DNA of 64,000 nucleotides from a virus, in the IMG/VR virus record IMGVR_UViG_3300043540_000178, positions 6,864 through 70,863 of that record. The stretch is one strand, 5' to 3'. Below are positions 26,419-36,257 of this stretch, piece by piece; position 1 is the first letter of the stretch; every line of letters begins with the position of its first letter. Below the pieces are notes generated by a model. That model saw nothing but the letters and a program-made list of their open reading frames with translations, did not search any database and was not told the origin of the DNA. The translations under genes and the position numbers were made by a program.

Positions 26419-27489
26419 TTAAAATATTTTCAGAATGATACAATCTTCGTTTATTCTACCAGTTGCTTTTGATGCAACTGCCTTAATCTCATTATATAGT
26501 TTTGTGAGTGGTCTGCTGGTCATATGACTAACATCTTTCAATTGAACTTCTGGTTTACGCAATTTCTTACCACCAGATTTTTCTGGATCGAATCCTGTCA
26601 ATGTTGTACCTTTGACTGAAATTTTGCTACCTTGTAAAGCTGAATACCTGAACAATCGTCTAACTTTAGTATTAAATATCCATACCTCAGATGAGTCAAC
26701 GAGTTTTTCTGCAGGCATAGATACCAAACCAAGTGCAGGATCTTCTTTCATATACTTAATATTTTTAACAACAACAGATGGTGCTTTAACTTTCTTTGCA
26801 CGAGGTTTTCTTGCTGCTTTGGTTATTGCACATGCTACTTCACATGATGCGATCATGCTTTCAATTTGCTCGCGCAACTTAGTCAATTCACGCTTGGTGA
26901 GATGGTTGTATGATTCTTTCAACTGTTCATCTGTCTCTACATCTTTCAACTCTTTCAATAATGATTTGAAGTGTTCAGCGATCTTCTTAGTGATTGTTGG
27001 TTTGACTTCATTGCGAATAAGATATCCCTTTGCATCAAATGATTTACCTGTGTAGATGAGATCGACACCATTTTCAAACTCTGCAATGTGAGAAGATAAA
27101 ACCGCATCAGATTTTTCTTCATTAGTTCTAACTACTGGAGGTGTATTATCTTCCTCATCTTGCTTCATTGCACATAACTCATTGAACTTCTTATCTAGAT
27201 ATGTCAAATGCTTAACGTCAAGTGCAATTCCTCTACCGGCCATATGTGCAACTGCTCCACAAGTAATAAACCACCCTTCTGATAATTTTGATATCTTTGC
27301 AGTATCCTTTCCTTGCTTTTTCCAGAACTCAATTGCCGCTGCTTTTTTTACTGAAGAATCAATGTTTTCATTGTAAAACACAAGGTTTGTTTTGAGTGAT
27401 CCGTCATAATCAATAATATTGAACTCAGGGAATATCTTTTTGGAATTGAGAATATAACGCCCTTTATCGGCGTGAGTCTTATGTTCCAT
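26419..27489 (-). CDS. Conserved T4-like hypothetical protein
   Basis: DEQLKE.Y, RKPR.KK, W.FNTK.R.L, VKGTT..GFD, K.LRKP, GRINE..IIL pattern. Confidence 0.75.
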   Translation of the reverse strand: MEHKTHADKGRYILNSKKIFPEFNIIDYDGSLKTNLVFYNENIDSSVKKAAAIEFWKKQGKDTAKISKLSEGWFITCGAVAHMAGRGIALDVKHLTYLDKKFNELCAMKQDEEDNTPPVVRTNEEKSDAVLSSHIAEFENGVDLIYTGKSFDAKGYLIRNEVKPTITKKIAEHFKSLLKELKDVETDEQLKESYNHLTKRELTKLREQIESMIASCEVACAITKAARKPRAKKVKAPSVVVKNIKYMKEDPALGLVSMPAEKLVDSSEVWIFNTKVRRLFRYSALQGSKISVKGTTLTGFDPEKSGGKKLRKPEVQLKDVSHMTSRPLTKLYNEIKAVASKATGRINEDCIILKIF

Positions 27490-27490
27490 T

Positions 27491-28738
27491 TTACACCTTT
27501 TTGATTGTTTTTGCTTCTACAAATTCGTTATTCTCATTCAATACATAATACACATCTGGCTTGATTCCGTTCTCACCAACCTTTGACGCTCGAATGTGCA
27601 TAATGTCTCCATTAGTATCGTAATAACATAACACAATAGCCCCACCTTCTGATGCTTTCGCTTTTCCACGTAAGCCTATGTTCATTGCTACTGCATTTTT
27701 TCCTGTTGCACTCGCTGCGCTCCAAGATCCAGTCGCCGTCGATATGCTACATTCACCTGTTGCACTTGCTGCGCTCTGGTATCCAGTTGCACTTGATATG
27801 CTATAGCTTCCTTTTGCACTAGATGCGCTCCAATATCCAGTCGCTGTCGATATGCTACATTCTCCAGTTGCACTCGATGCGCTATGACATCCTGTTGCAC
27901 TTGCTGCGCTCTGATGTCCAGTTGAACTAGATGCGCTCTTGTGTCCCGTTGCATTGGAAATGCAACCAGTTCCTTCTGCACTCGCTGCGCTCTGGTATCC
28001 AGTTGCATTGGAAATGCAACCAATTCCTGTTGCAATTGATGCGCTATGATATCCTGTTGAACTTGATATGCTCTGATGTCCATTTGAACTAGATATGCTA
28101 TGGTCTCCCGTTGCACTTGATGCACTCCGATATCCTTCTGCACTAGATGTGCTATTGTATCCAGTTGCACTTGATATCCTGCGTACCCCTGATGCACTAG
28201 ATGTGCTATTGTATCCAGTTGCACTCGATGCGCCCCATTCTCCTGATACATTTGATCTGCTATGTTTTCCTGTTGCAATTGATGCACTGCGGAGTCCAGT
28301 TGCATTAGATTCGCACCATTCTTCTGTTACATTGGATATGCTCCGATATTCTGGTATATTTGATGCGTTATAGTCTGAGTTATTATGTTGTGAGTTGAAT
28401 GAAACACAATTTGATGTAATCCAAGAAATTGCCGCAGTAACTAAATCAGATATTTTCAATTCATCTTTTATGTGTATATGTGAAGATACAATCTTACTAT
28501 CACAATCATTAGTTTCTGAGTCAATTTCACCCATTGCTTCCACTATTGCAAAACGACTTTTTGACGGTGGGTAATAACTAAAAACCTCAAGAGGATATTC
28601 GCAGGAATGAAAACCAGAAGAACATATTTTTACTTTGCCTTCATGGATATAAGTTTTACCAAGCTCAAATTGGAAATCTCGACATGTCATATCAAGATTG
28701 AATCCTTTATAAGCAATTACTTTTTTTTCATTTTCCAC
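27491..28738 (-). CDS. Phage protein with 11-aa SxATG repeats (probable beta-solenoid)
   Basis: N-terminal YKGF…CRDFQF..G…C.SGFH.C..PL, about 20 S-A-S-S-A-T-G-like repeats, C-terminal VGENGIKPD.YY.L. Confidence 0.85.
   Translation of the reverse strand: MENEKKVIAYKGFNLDMTCRDFQFELGKTYIHEGKVKICSSGFHSCEYPLEVFSYYPPSKSRFAIVEAMGEIDSETNDCDSKIVSSHIHIKDELKISDLVTAAISWITSNCVSFNSQHNNSDYNASNIPEYRSISNVTEEWCESNATGLRSASIATGKHSRSNVSGEWGASSATGYNSTSSASGVRRISSATGYNSTSSAEGYRSASSATGDHSISSSNGHQSISSSTGYHSASIATGIGCISNATGYQSAASAEGTGCISNATGHKSASSSTGHQSAASATGCHSASSATGECSISTATGYWSASSAKGSYSISSATGYQSAASATGECSISTATGSWSAASATGKNAVAMNIGLRGKAKASEGGAIVLCYYDTNGDIMHIRASKVGENGIKPDVYYVLNENNEFVEAKTIKKV
27700..28370. repeat. Degenerate 33-bp coding tandem repeats
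   Basis: Recurring ccagttgcact/gatgcgct units encoding the 11-aa repeat. Confidence 0.85.
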
Positions 28739-28793
28739 TTAAAATCTCCAAAATAAAAAGTATTTCCATTGGTGATGTGTCTTATGTTCCACT

Positions 28794-29072
28794 TTACATT
28801 TTAACAATTTTTTCGTATGCCTCAAAGAAATCTTCTGTTTCTTGTTCAACTTTTGCAAAATTCTGCTTATGATAAGTATTAATCATCTTGCGAATAAGAC
28901 CTTTATTAATTTCATATTTTTCGTGAATTTCATCAATGATGTCTTTAATTTGATCTCGTTCATTTGCAATAGTTTGCAAATGCACATCTGCATCTTTAAT
29001 TGCATCGAAAATTGCTTCTTGATCTTTGGGATTACTTGGGATGATGCTTGTTTGTTGTGTAACTTGTGTCAT
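28794..29072 (-). CDS. dsbA: dsDNA-binding protein DsbA-like
   Basis: IKDII..I.EKY.I…IRKMI..YHKQNF; near rnh; start at MTQVT. Confidence 0.75.
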   Translation of the reverse strand: MTQVTQQTSIIPSNPKDQEAIFDAIKDADVHLQTIANERDQIKDIIDEIHEKYEINKGLIRKMINTYHKQNFAKVEQETEDFFEAYEKIVKM

Positions 29073-29085
29073 GTGATTGTCCTTC

Positions 29086-29541
29086 TTAATTACCTTTCTC
29101 AAGATATTCCTTCCATTGTTCAGGGAATATAACGTTTATTGTAGCATTTTTGAATAAAGGTGCAATCTTGGCATCTGTATTTCCTGCCAAACCACACCCT
29201 ACGCGCGTCATAAAGAATTTCAATTCTGGATGCTTTGCTGCATATTGGATAAACAGTTCAACGAATGGTTCAATTTGATTAAGAGACATTGACTTGATTT
29301 GTTCATCTTTGGTTGGAATTCCAAATGATTGTCCGAATCTTCCAACACCCTCACCCCATACAGCACCATAAGTATTAAATGCCTCTTTTGCGGCACCTGC
29401 ACCATGAATGCCAGCTAAATTTGAACCAAACACAAAAACCCAGTTAATGTTAACTGGTGGTTTTGTCCTATCAGGATGGTAAGTATATTTCATTTGATCT
29501 TCAGTTTTAAATTTCATATTTAATAACCCCCAACACATCAC
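29086..29541 (-). CDS. Macro-like phage protein (FVFGSN family)
   Basis: VFVFGSNLAGIHGAGAA..A…GA.WG.G.G…IPTKD…TRVGCGLAG. Confidence 0.8.
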   Translation of the reverse strand: MMCWGLLNMKFKTEDQMKYTYHPDRTKPPVNINWVFVFGSNLAGIHGAGAAKEAFNTYGAVWGEGVGRFGQSFGIPTKDEQIKSMSLNQIEPFVELFIQYAAKHPELKFFMTRVGCGLAGNTDAKIAPLFKNATINVIFPEQWKEYLEKGN

Positions 29542-29559
29542 ATAATTTGCTTTGATAAC

Positions 29560-29778
29560 TTAATGTCGAACAATTCCAACCAAATTCATCAGCATAAAAT
29601 AGACAGCAACAATCAACTGTGACCTACTTATGTTACTATCCAAAATCATTTTTATAGTGATGCATGATGCAATGAAAAACAACATAAACCCAAACTTAAT
29701 GTATCCAATGTCACTTGCGACCAATGTTGAGCCAACAACTGAGCAAAATATCAATGCGCTATCTAAGAATTTCTTCAT
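29560..29778 (-). CDS. Small membrane protein
   Basis: Three hydrophobic segments. Confidence 0.6.
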   Translation of the reverse strand: MKKFLDSALIFCSVVGSTLVASDIGYIKFGFMLFFIASCITIKMILDSNISRSQLIVAVYFMLMNLVGIVRH

Positions 29779-29790
29779 TGCAAAATTTAA

Positions 29791-30411
29791 TTAATCCCAC
29801 AATGATTGAAAATACTTACCGAATAGTCGCAATCCATTGGCAATGCGAAGTTCATGTAATTCTCGTCCTTCCCAGTCAATTTCACCTTTAACTTTTTCCG
29901 ATGCAACTTTTATATATTGCTCTTCCCAATTATCGTCATTCAACTGAGTAAACGCCCATATAATTTCATTTAAGACCCACTCCCAACGAGTATGAATGTC
30001 ACAGTTCATTTTTTCCACATCATCATCATGATAAAAATCAAAAGTTAGTTGTGGTGAGTATTTTTCTGTTTCATCGAATCTCAAATTTTCCGGGACATCA
30101 TCTAGATCAACATATGGTGATCCATGTTTGCGTTCCCTCAATTTGATTAACATAGGGAGAATAATCAGTGCTAGAGTATGATCCATTGACCATACATCAT
30201 AGTCATGAATATCAATTAACACCTTTCTCTTTTTCTTGTCATGTATCCAAGAACAGAGCTTCATCAGCACGGATTCTCTAGTTTCACCACCTGCTAACCA
30301 TTCACCAAAGTTGAAAACTCTGTCGTCATCTTTATCAAGCCAAAATAGCAGTTTTTCGGCTATTTGGTAAGGACCAACCCAATCTATATAAGGTCCAATT
30401 TTAACATACAT
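29791..30411 (-). CDS. Conserved hypothetical phage protein
   Basis: D.WSMDHTLA.II.PML..L…KHG.P, W.W.L.E.I.AF, G..LFGKY..LWD. Confidence 0.75.
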   Translation of the reverse strand: MYVKIGPYIDWVGPYQIAEKLLFWLDKDDDRVFNFGEWLAGGETRESVLMKLCSWIHDKKKRKVLIDIHDYDVWSMDHTLALIILPMLIKLRERKHGSPYVDLDDVPENLRFDETEKYSPQLTFDFYHDDDVEKMNCDIHTRWEWVLNEIIWAFTQLNDDNWEEQYIKVASEKVKGEIDWEGRELHELRIANGLRLFGKYFQSLWD

Positions 30412-30440
30412 TGTTATCTCCTTGTGTGATTTCAGTTCAA

Positions 30441-30448
30441 CATAAATA
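30441..30448 (+). promoter_or_regulatory. Possible late promoter (CATAAATA)
   Basis: One mismatch to TATAAATA, upstream of the only internal plus-strand gene; the same variant precedes 62728. Confidence 0.45.
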
Positions 30449-30489
30449 TATTAACATAATAATAATTCATTTCAATTTTTTATAACTAG

Positions 30490-30939
30490 TTGATTCCAAT
30501 GACATCTGAATGGACATACCAAGGTAAGATTATAACCGAATTGCCACCTAAAGTCATTGGGTTTCTCTATAAAATAACTCATATACCAACAGGCAAATGG
30601 TATATCGGAAGAAAATTAGGAACAAAAACCAAAACTACTCAATCAAAAGGCGTTAAGAAAAAGGAACAAGTTTCTTCTGACTGGAAAACTTATTGGTCAT
30701 CATCTGACGAGTTAAAAGCCCTTGTGTCTGAAAAAGGTGAAAATGAGTTCAAAAGAGAAATTTTATTGTTCTGTGAAACAAAAGCTAGCATGACTTATTC
30801 AGAAGAATATTTGTTATACATAAGTGGTGCTTTATTTGACGCTAACTGTTTTAACAATAACATTAGAGCCAAAATTTATCGCAAATGGTTTATGAAAACC
30901 CCAAATCTACATAACCAATTAAAGTCGATTAAAATTTAA
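30490..30939 (+). CDS. GIY-YIG-family protein
   Basis: GFLYKITH..TGKWYIGRK, DWKTYWSSS, FKREIL, E, N.NI. Confidence 0.8.
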   Translation: MIPMTSEWTYQGKIITELPPKVIGFLYKITHIPTGKWYIGRKLGTKTKTTQSKGVKKKEQVSSDWKTYWSSSDELKALVSEKGENEFKREILLFCETKASMTYSEEYLLYISGALFDANCFNNNIRAKIYRKWFMKTPNLHNQLKSIKI

Positions 30940-31082
30940 TCTTCCTGGTCTTCTGAAACATTCCAATCTGTGTCAATTTCTTCACCGCATGATGGACAGA
31001 AACCAATCACAATATCGTCGTTTCTGCATTTGATATTAAATTCTTCCTCACACGATTCGCAAAAGATATCTTTTCGTGTCAT
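30936..31082 (-). CDS. Small zinc-ribbon protein (48 aa)
   Basis: CESC…FCPSCG and an acidic tail. Confidence 0.65.
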   Translation of the reverse strand: MTRKDIFCESCEEEFNIKCRNDDIVIGFCPSCGEEIDTDWNVSEDQED

Positions 31083-31084
31083 TG

Positions 31085-31291
31085 CTAGTATTTCCCTTTT
31101 GTTTTGAACCAATCACCTTTAAAGTCAAATCCTGAACCAAATAATGTGTCTGTTTTCTTCATTGGTGACTGGCAATTTGAACACTGAACTGTCGGATAAA
31201 CATCATCCTTTTTTTCAGCAATATCGGATGCCATCACTAATTTATCTTCTTGTGAATTGCATTTAGTACAGCTCATTAAGTAAATTGGCAT
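31085..31291 (-). CDS. FmdB-like zinc-ribbon protein
   Basis: MPIY..CTKC…CSNC…F.FKG.WF. Confidence 0.75.
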   Translation of the reverse strand: MPIYLMSCTKCNSQEDKLVMASDIAEKKDDVYPTVQCSNCQSPMKKTDTLFGSGFDFKGDWFKTKGKY

Positions 31292-31299
31292 TTATCCTC

Positions 31300-32985
31300 C
31301 TATTGACATGATAAACATTCACCTTTACTTGCTGCAACACCTGCTTGTGTACGTACATAATACAAGCTCTTAATTCGTTCATCAAGAAATGCCATTTGAT
31401 GAATTTGACTAATATATTCTTCACTTTCATTTGCATCAAAAAATAAATTCAATGATTGACTTTGACAAATATATTTTTGTCTGGTTGCTGCAAGTCTCAA
31501 TATAACTTCTTGGTTAATTTCAAATGCAGTTTTGAACACTAATTTTTCATGGTCAGTCAACCAATCTAGATGTTGAACAGAACCATATTTATCTGCAATT
31601 TCTTTAACCAATTTTCGACTGTATTTATTGCGAGATTTCATTAAAGCATAAAATTGTGGGTTAATGACTTCCATTGAACCTCCAGCACCATCTTTTACAA
31701 AGCAATTTCCATAAAAAGGTTCAATGCCTTGTGATGCACCGCCCATTAATGTTGCTGTACTCATAGTTGGTGCAATTGCAGTTCTATGAGTATTTCTAAT
31801 ACCAAAACCTGAACACCATTCAGGCTCACCCCATTGTTTTGCCATCCACGCTGAAGCCTCAAGCGATTTGTCATGAATATGTTTGAAGATTTCCATATTC
31901 TTCATATGCGCTTCAAATGACTCAAAAGGTATCATGTTCTTCTGAAAATAAGAGTGAAGTCCCATAACACCGAGCCCAAGTGCTCTTCCCTTTTCTGTGA
32001 ATCTAACAGCTTTTTCTAAACCTTGTTTATTTTTTGCAAGGGCAATAAATTCAGATGCCACGCAATCAAGAAATATCGTTGCATTGAACACTGCATCTGT
32101 ATCTTTCCATTCATCATAATATGCTAGATTCATTGAACTCAAGACGCAAGTAAATGTGTGTGACTCATCCGAATGGAGTGTAATTTCAGAACACAGATTT
32201 GATGCTTTAACACTCAGCCCATGTTTTTTGTATGTTTCAGGATTTGCTCTGTTAACTTTATCAGGGAAAAAGAAATATCCTTTGCCTGATAGGAGCTTCA
32301 ACTTCATAACTTTCTGATACCGTCTGATTGCTTCTTCATCACCAGCATTCAATTTTTCAACGAATTTGTCAGTGATATTCCATCCGATGTTAGCATCGTC
32401 AGGATATTCTTTTACATAGTCTGCAATTTCATCAAAATCATTATGGTCAATTTCTATATATCCAGCCCATGCACCTCTTCTGGCTGTACCTTGCGCAACA
32501 TCGCGCATTGTCTGCAATAACATGGAAAAGACAGGCAATGATCCAGATGCTGTTCCACCAATTGAAATTGGAGATCCTCTGTGTCTAATATCACCCAAAT
32601 ATCCAGATGTACCAAAACCTTCTTTTGTTAGAAGAGCCGATTCTAGGTTATGGGAATAGAATCCAAAAATGCTGTCCTCAATATAACCACCGGAACAACT
32701 GACTGGCAATCCTCTAGTTGTTCCCATATTTGCAAGAACTGGAGTTGAAGGACTCAACCATCCATTCCAAAACAACTCAAAGAATTTCCCTTCCCACATA
32801 TCAGGATCATCTGTATGCTTTGCTGCTGTCCGACAAATTCTTTCTATTTGTTCTCTATATGATGATGCATCATGCAAATATTTTTGCTTAAAGAATCCCC
32901 ATCCATCAGTTGTTACCCATTTTGGCAACAATCCTCGTGCTTGATGATCTTTGCGTTCTTCTGATAATTGTTCTCTTAGTGACAT
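31300..32985 (-). CDS. nrdA: Class I ribonucleotide reductase alpha subunit (short form)
   Basis: SPSTPVLAN, PVSC, RRGA.A.Y, SNLCSEI, AIAPT, QSLNLFF, SLYY, C-terminal CLSC. Confidence 0.96.
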   Translation of the reverse strand: MSLREQLSEERKDHQARGLLPKWVTTDGWGFFKQKYLHDASSYREQIERICRTAAKHTDDPDMWEGKFFELFWNGWLSPSTPVLANMGTTRGLPVSCSGGYIEDSIFGFYSHNLESALLTKEGFGTSGYLGDIRHRGSPISIGGTASGSLPVFSMLLQTMRDVAQGTARRGAWAGYIEIDHNDFDEIADYVKEYPDDANIGWNITDKFVEKLNAGDEEAIRRYQKVMKLKLLSGKGYFFFPDKVNRANPETYKKHGLSVKASNLCSEITLHSDESHTFTCVLSSMNLAYYDEWKDTDAVFNATIFLDCVASEFIALAKNKQGLEKAVRFTEKGRALGLGVMGLHSYFQKNMIPFESFEAHMKNMEIFKHIHDKSLEASAWMAKQWGEPEWCSGFGIRNTHRTAIAPTMSTATLMGGASQGIEPFYGNCFVKDGAGGSMEVINPQFYALMKSRNKYSRKLVKEIADKYGSVQHLDWLTDHEKLVFKTAFEINQEVILRLAATRQKYICQSQSLNLFFDANESEEYISQIHQMAFLDERIKSLYYVRTQAGVAASKGECLSCQ

Positions 32986-33003
32986 TATGCTCTTACCTTT
33001 AAG

Positions 33004-34038
33004 TTAAATCTCAAGTTTGTTAGACCAGATGAATCCTCGTTCATTCCAGTTTCTATGGTATTGGTTGCCAATCTTAGCGAAGAAATCATGCATTTTTGCA
33101 ACTGTAATTCCCAAATAAAACCATTCTGCCACTGGATTAGATGCAGGATTATTTTGTGTAGATAGTCCTAAATTCTGTAAACATAAATCAACTCGACTTT
33201 CAACAAAATTTTTCAATTGACCTTTTGTGATGCCTTCCATAGTTCCCTTCTCAAAAATCATATCTACAATTCGATGTTCATGCTCTGTTATGATCTTTGC
33301 AGCTTCATAGATTTTATTATAAAGTTTCTCTTGATCTTCAGGAAGTAAGCGAGCCTCATCTAAATGAGTTTTGAATAACCAGCAACCAGCTTCGTGATGC
33401 AAATTTTCATCGCGAACAGAAAAATCAATACCTGCAACAATATTGATTAGCTTATTTTTACCTTGGCTCTGAAAATGTTTTAGAAATGCAAATGAAGAAT
33501 ATAGAACAGCACCCTCAAGCATGGCAAACACTGCCAATGAATACAACTTATCTTCTCCACTTAAGGCATCTTCAATGAATGCAATGCGACTGCGAAGTGT
33601 GTCATCTTCAACATATGAATTATAAAACTCATCTGTGTTAAGATGAAGAAGCTCATTGATTTTGTTGTAGAAGGGGGCATGCACATTTAGTTCAAAGAAA
33701 CTGAAACTGCTTGCCATACGTTCTATTTCAGGACGAGGATACCACTTGGCAATACAGTTGCCCCAATACTCATTACCGATAATCAGTTCATATTTGGTGA
33801 ACACTTTTAATACAGTCAAAACACCATGGCGCTCTGCTTCAGTCATGTTGACTAAAATATCTTGAATGTCTTTTTCTACTTCAATCTCGGAATGTGTCCA
33901 GAAAACTGAGTTCTGAACATCTGCGAATGTAACTGCTTGTGGATAATCGTCTAGGGTATAAGTATCTTTTGGAAGGGTGATTTTTGGGGTTACAAGTGAT
34001 TGCATACTGCCTCTGTTATTATTGAAATTAAACTGCAA
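33004..34038 (-). CDS. nrdB: Ribonucleotide reductase beta subunit
   Basis: FW…EI, E..VH..FY, EGAVLYSSF, RDENLH, DFF. Confidence 0.95.
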   Translation of the reverse strand: MQFNFNNNRGSMQSLVTPKITLPKDTYTLDDYPQAVTFADVQNSVFWTHSEIEVEKDIQDILVNMTEAERHGVLTVLKVFTKYELIIGNEYWGNCIAKWYPRPEIERMASSFSFFELNVHAPFYNKINELLHLNTDEFYNSYVEDDTLRSRIAFIEDALSGEDKLYSLAVFAMLEGAVLYSSFAFLKHFQSQGKNKLINIVAGIDFSVRDENLHHEAGCWLFKTHLDEARLLPEDQEKLYNKIYEAAKIITEHEHRIVDMIFEKGTMEGITKGQLKNFVESRVDLCLQNLGLSTQNNPASNPVAEWFYLGITVAKMHDFFAKIGNQYHRNWNERGFIWSNKLEI

Positions 34039-34080
34039 AATATATATTGTCAGATTCCTATCTACACCACTAGAGAAAAA

Positions 34081-34425
34081 TTATTTCTTGTCAGCTCTTT
34101 CTTGAGCGGCTTTATCTGAGTATGTTCCTGCCTTATAGCGCTCACCCAATTTTGCAATATTATTATCAATTGTTTCTTCTCGGGTGATGTTGTATGCCTG
34201 ACGTAATCCCTCCATGTAAAATTCTAGGTCACCGAGTTCTTCAATAACATTAGCACGATCTAAAGGTTTACGGTAAATAACAGCCTTCTTGACTGCATCA
34301 ATCAATTCACCCGCTTCACCTACAATACCAACTGCCATGTGTAATGCATGGCAATCTTCTGCGGTAAGTGTATTCAAAATTTCTTTTCCTGGTTTTGCCA
34401 GTGATTTAACCATTTCATTGTACAT
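34081..34425 (-). CDS. MazG-like nucleotide pyrophosphohydrolase
   Basis: GIVGEAGELID.VKK…EELGDL.FY…N..KL..RY; start at MYNEM. Confidence 0.85.
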   Translation of the reverse strand: MYNEMVKSLAKPGKEILNTLTAEDCHALHMAVGIVGEAGELIDAVKKAVIYRKPLDRANVIEELGDLEFYMEGLRQAYNITREETIDNNIAKLGERYKAGTYSDKAAQERADKK

Positions 34426-34426
34426 T

Positions 34427-35134
34427 TTAAACAACCTCTTTAATGTTATATTTCTTACAAAATGCTGCAACCGACACCGGACAAACTTCATTAATACATT
34501 TTAACATTGCTTCTGCATAAACTCTAATTTCATACTGCGCATGAGAATGCAATCGCAATCGCATGAAATGCATTAAGTTGTGTAAGTCTACAGTTGCGAA
34601 CATATGACTATATGTTCCAACCGGAAGAACGGAACGGGCAAGTTCACGCGGTACTCCATCGTCAATCATTGACTTGTATATCTTAAATGAGTTTTCATTT
34701 GTTGATTGGATGACTTGCGCCCAATGTTCTGCACTGGGATGTTTCTCGTCCGTGCGCATTTGCTTATTGCTTGAATGCTGACCAGTAATTTGTTTCGGAT
34801 CTGGGACGTAAAATTCATCTGGAAGCTCTGCATATCTTGCAGATATTTCATTATATGACCATGTTCGATGTCGATGCCATTGACGAAATACGAAGATTGG
34901 CGCCTTCACTTCAAATGTGAATTGAACTGACTCAAATGGGCTAGTATGACCATTTTCAACCAGATAGTAAATTAACTTCTCATCTTTTCCAGCATCTTTA
35001 CCAGTTCTCCATTCAGCATCGTATGACACCCTTGCATTTCTCACTATTGACAAGTCCGATCCCATGCTTTCAACAAGAGCAACAAACCCATGATCTAATA
35101 CTTTATAACCATTTCTTCCTTCAATTCTTTGCAT
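34427..35134 (-). CDS. thyX: Flavin-dependent thymidylate synthase
   Basis: ARVSY, H.SPFE, RQWHRHRTWSYNEISARY, RELARSVLP, HAQYEIR. Confidence 0.97.
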   Translation of the reverse strand: MQRIEGRNGYKVLDHGFVALVESMGSDLSIVRNARVSYDAEWRTGKDAGKDEKLIYYLVENGHTSPFESVQFTFEVKAPIFVFRQWHRHRTWSYNEISARYAELPDEFYVPDPKQITGQHSSNKQMRTDEKHPSAEHWAQVIQSTNENSFKIYKSMIDDGVPRELARSVLPVGTYSHMFATVDLHNLMHFMRLRLHSHAQYEIRVYAEAMLKCINEVCPVSVAAFCKKYNIKEVV

Positions 35135-35204
35135 TATTATTTTCCTATTTTATAGATAAACCTTTGCCCACAACTGATACCATCAAAGCATGATAACACT
35201 TTCA

Positions 35205-36224
35205 TTAAACAACTTTCCATTGATTAAATTTCAATTTACCAGTTAAACCTTGATAAACATTTTGATTAATTATATTAATTATTTTGTCAGTTGTCATACC
35301 ATTGACTATTAATTCATTGATGTCTTTCCCAGGTAAATCATCTGGCAACAAACACACCTTTAATCCAATGTCAATCATTTCATCAATATTTTTTGTGATG
35401 TGTTTGTTTCGTCTGTCCGCATCTGGAATGTAAATTGCATTTTTGTTCATGTACGTTTGCAATTTACCATTACTAACTGCAATAGCATTTGGGAGAAACA
35501 GTGAATCAATTTCACCCTCAAGAACATAAACTTGCTTGCTTTCATCTAGTCGATCTATCCCAAAAAATTTCTCTTTTTCATTATCATCTATGAAAATTCT
35601 ATAGTATTTTGGTTCTTCACCATTTAAAGCTCGTGCAGTATATCCAATGATATGACCATCTCTTGCATAAAATGGAATCACCACTCTTGGATGATTGTCA
35701 TTGTTAACAGATTTGAATTTGCCGGTATGACCTTTAGTCCATTCTATGAATTTTTCTGCATAATAAAATTCAAACTTAGTTATAGGCAACAAGCGACTAT
35801 CTGCATACTTTCGTGCCGGATGTGATAATGGAAGTTCGTTCAAACGCGGTAGTGATGAGAAAATATTAGGTATGTATTTTTTTGTTTCCAAATTTTTTGA
35901 CATATATGGAGCCCCATCTTCATAAATTTCAGAATTGACTTGATTGCTCAATTTTTCCTTAAACCGTTCCATGACAAACTCTTGATAAAGTAGTGGATCT
36001 ACTGTTTTCAAAAAGTTCGGAAATGATGCTCCATATCCGCAATTATGGCAATGAATGATTAATGAACCATTCTTATTAAACGCATAACCTCGTGCTTTAT
36101 TTTTTTTCTTAGCGGAATCATTGCAAATAGGACAAGAAAAGTTGTATTGATGATTCCCTTTCTCTTTATAGTTCCTAAATTTATAACTAACTTTGCGGAG
36201 ATATTGTTCTTCAAGAAAACTCAT
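35205..36224 (-). CDS. 61: DNA primase gp61
   Basis: CPICNDS..KARG…CHNCG, VLEGEIDSLF, KDINE. Confidence 0.95.
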   Translation of the reverse strand: MSFLEEQYLRKVSYKFRNYKEKGNHQYNFSCPICNDSAKKKNKARGYAFNKNGSLIIHCHNCGYGASFPNFLKTVDPLLYQEFVMERFKEKLSNQVNSEIYEDGAPYMSKNLETKKYIPNIFSSLPRLNELPLSHPARKYADSRLLPITKFEFYYAEKFIEWTKGHTGKFKSVNNDNHPRVVIPFYARDGHIIGYTARALNGEEPKYYRIFIDDNEKEKFFGIDRLDESKQVYVLEGEIDSLFLPNAIAVSNGKLQTYMNKNAIYIPDADRRNKHITKNIDEMIDIGLKVCLLPDDLPGKDINELIVNGMTTDKIINIINQNVYQGLTGKLKFNQWKVV

Positions 36225-36257
36225 TTACACCCATCCATAAAATAACAATATAACTGC

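Noticed and set aside
27700-28370. Repeat array as a possible CRISPR or DGR
   Set aside because: The repeats are degenerate, in-frame 33-mers without unique spacers. No cas or reverse transcriptase gene is in the window.
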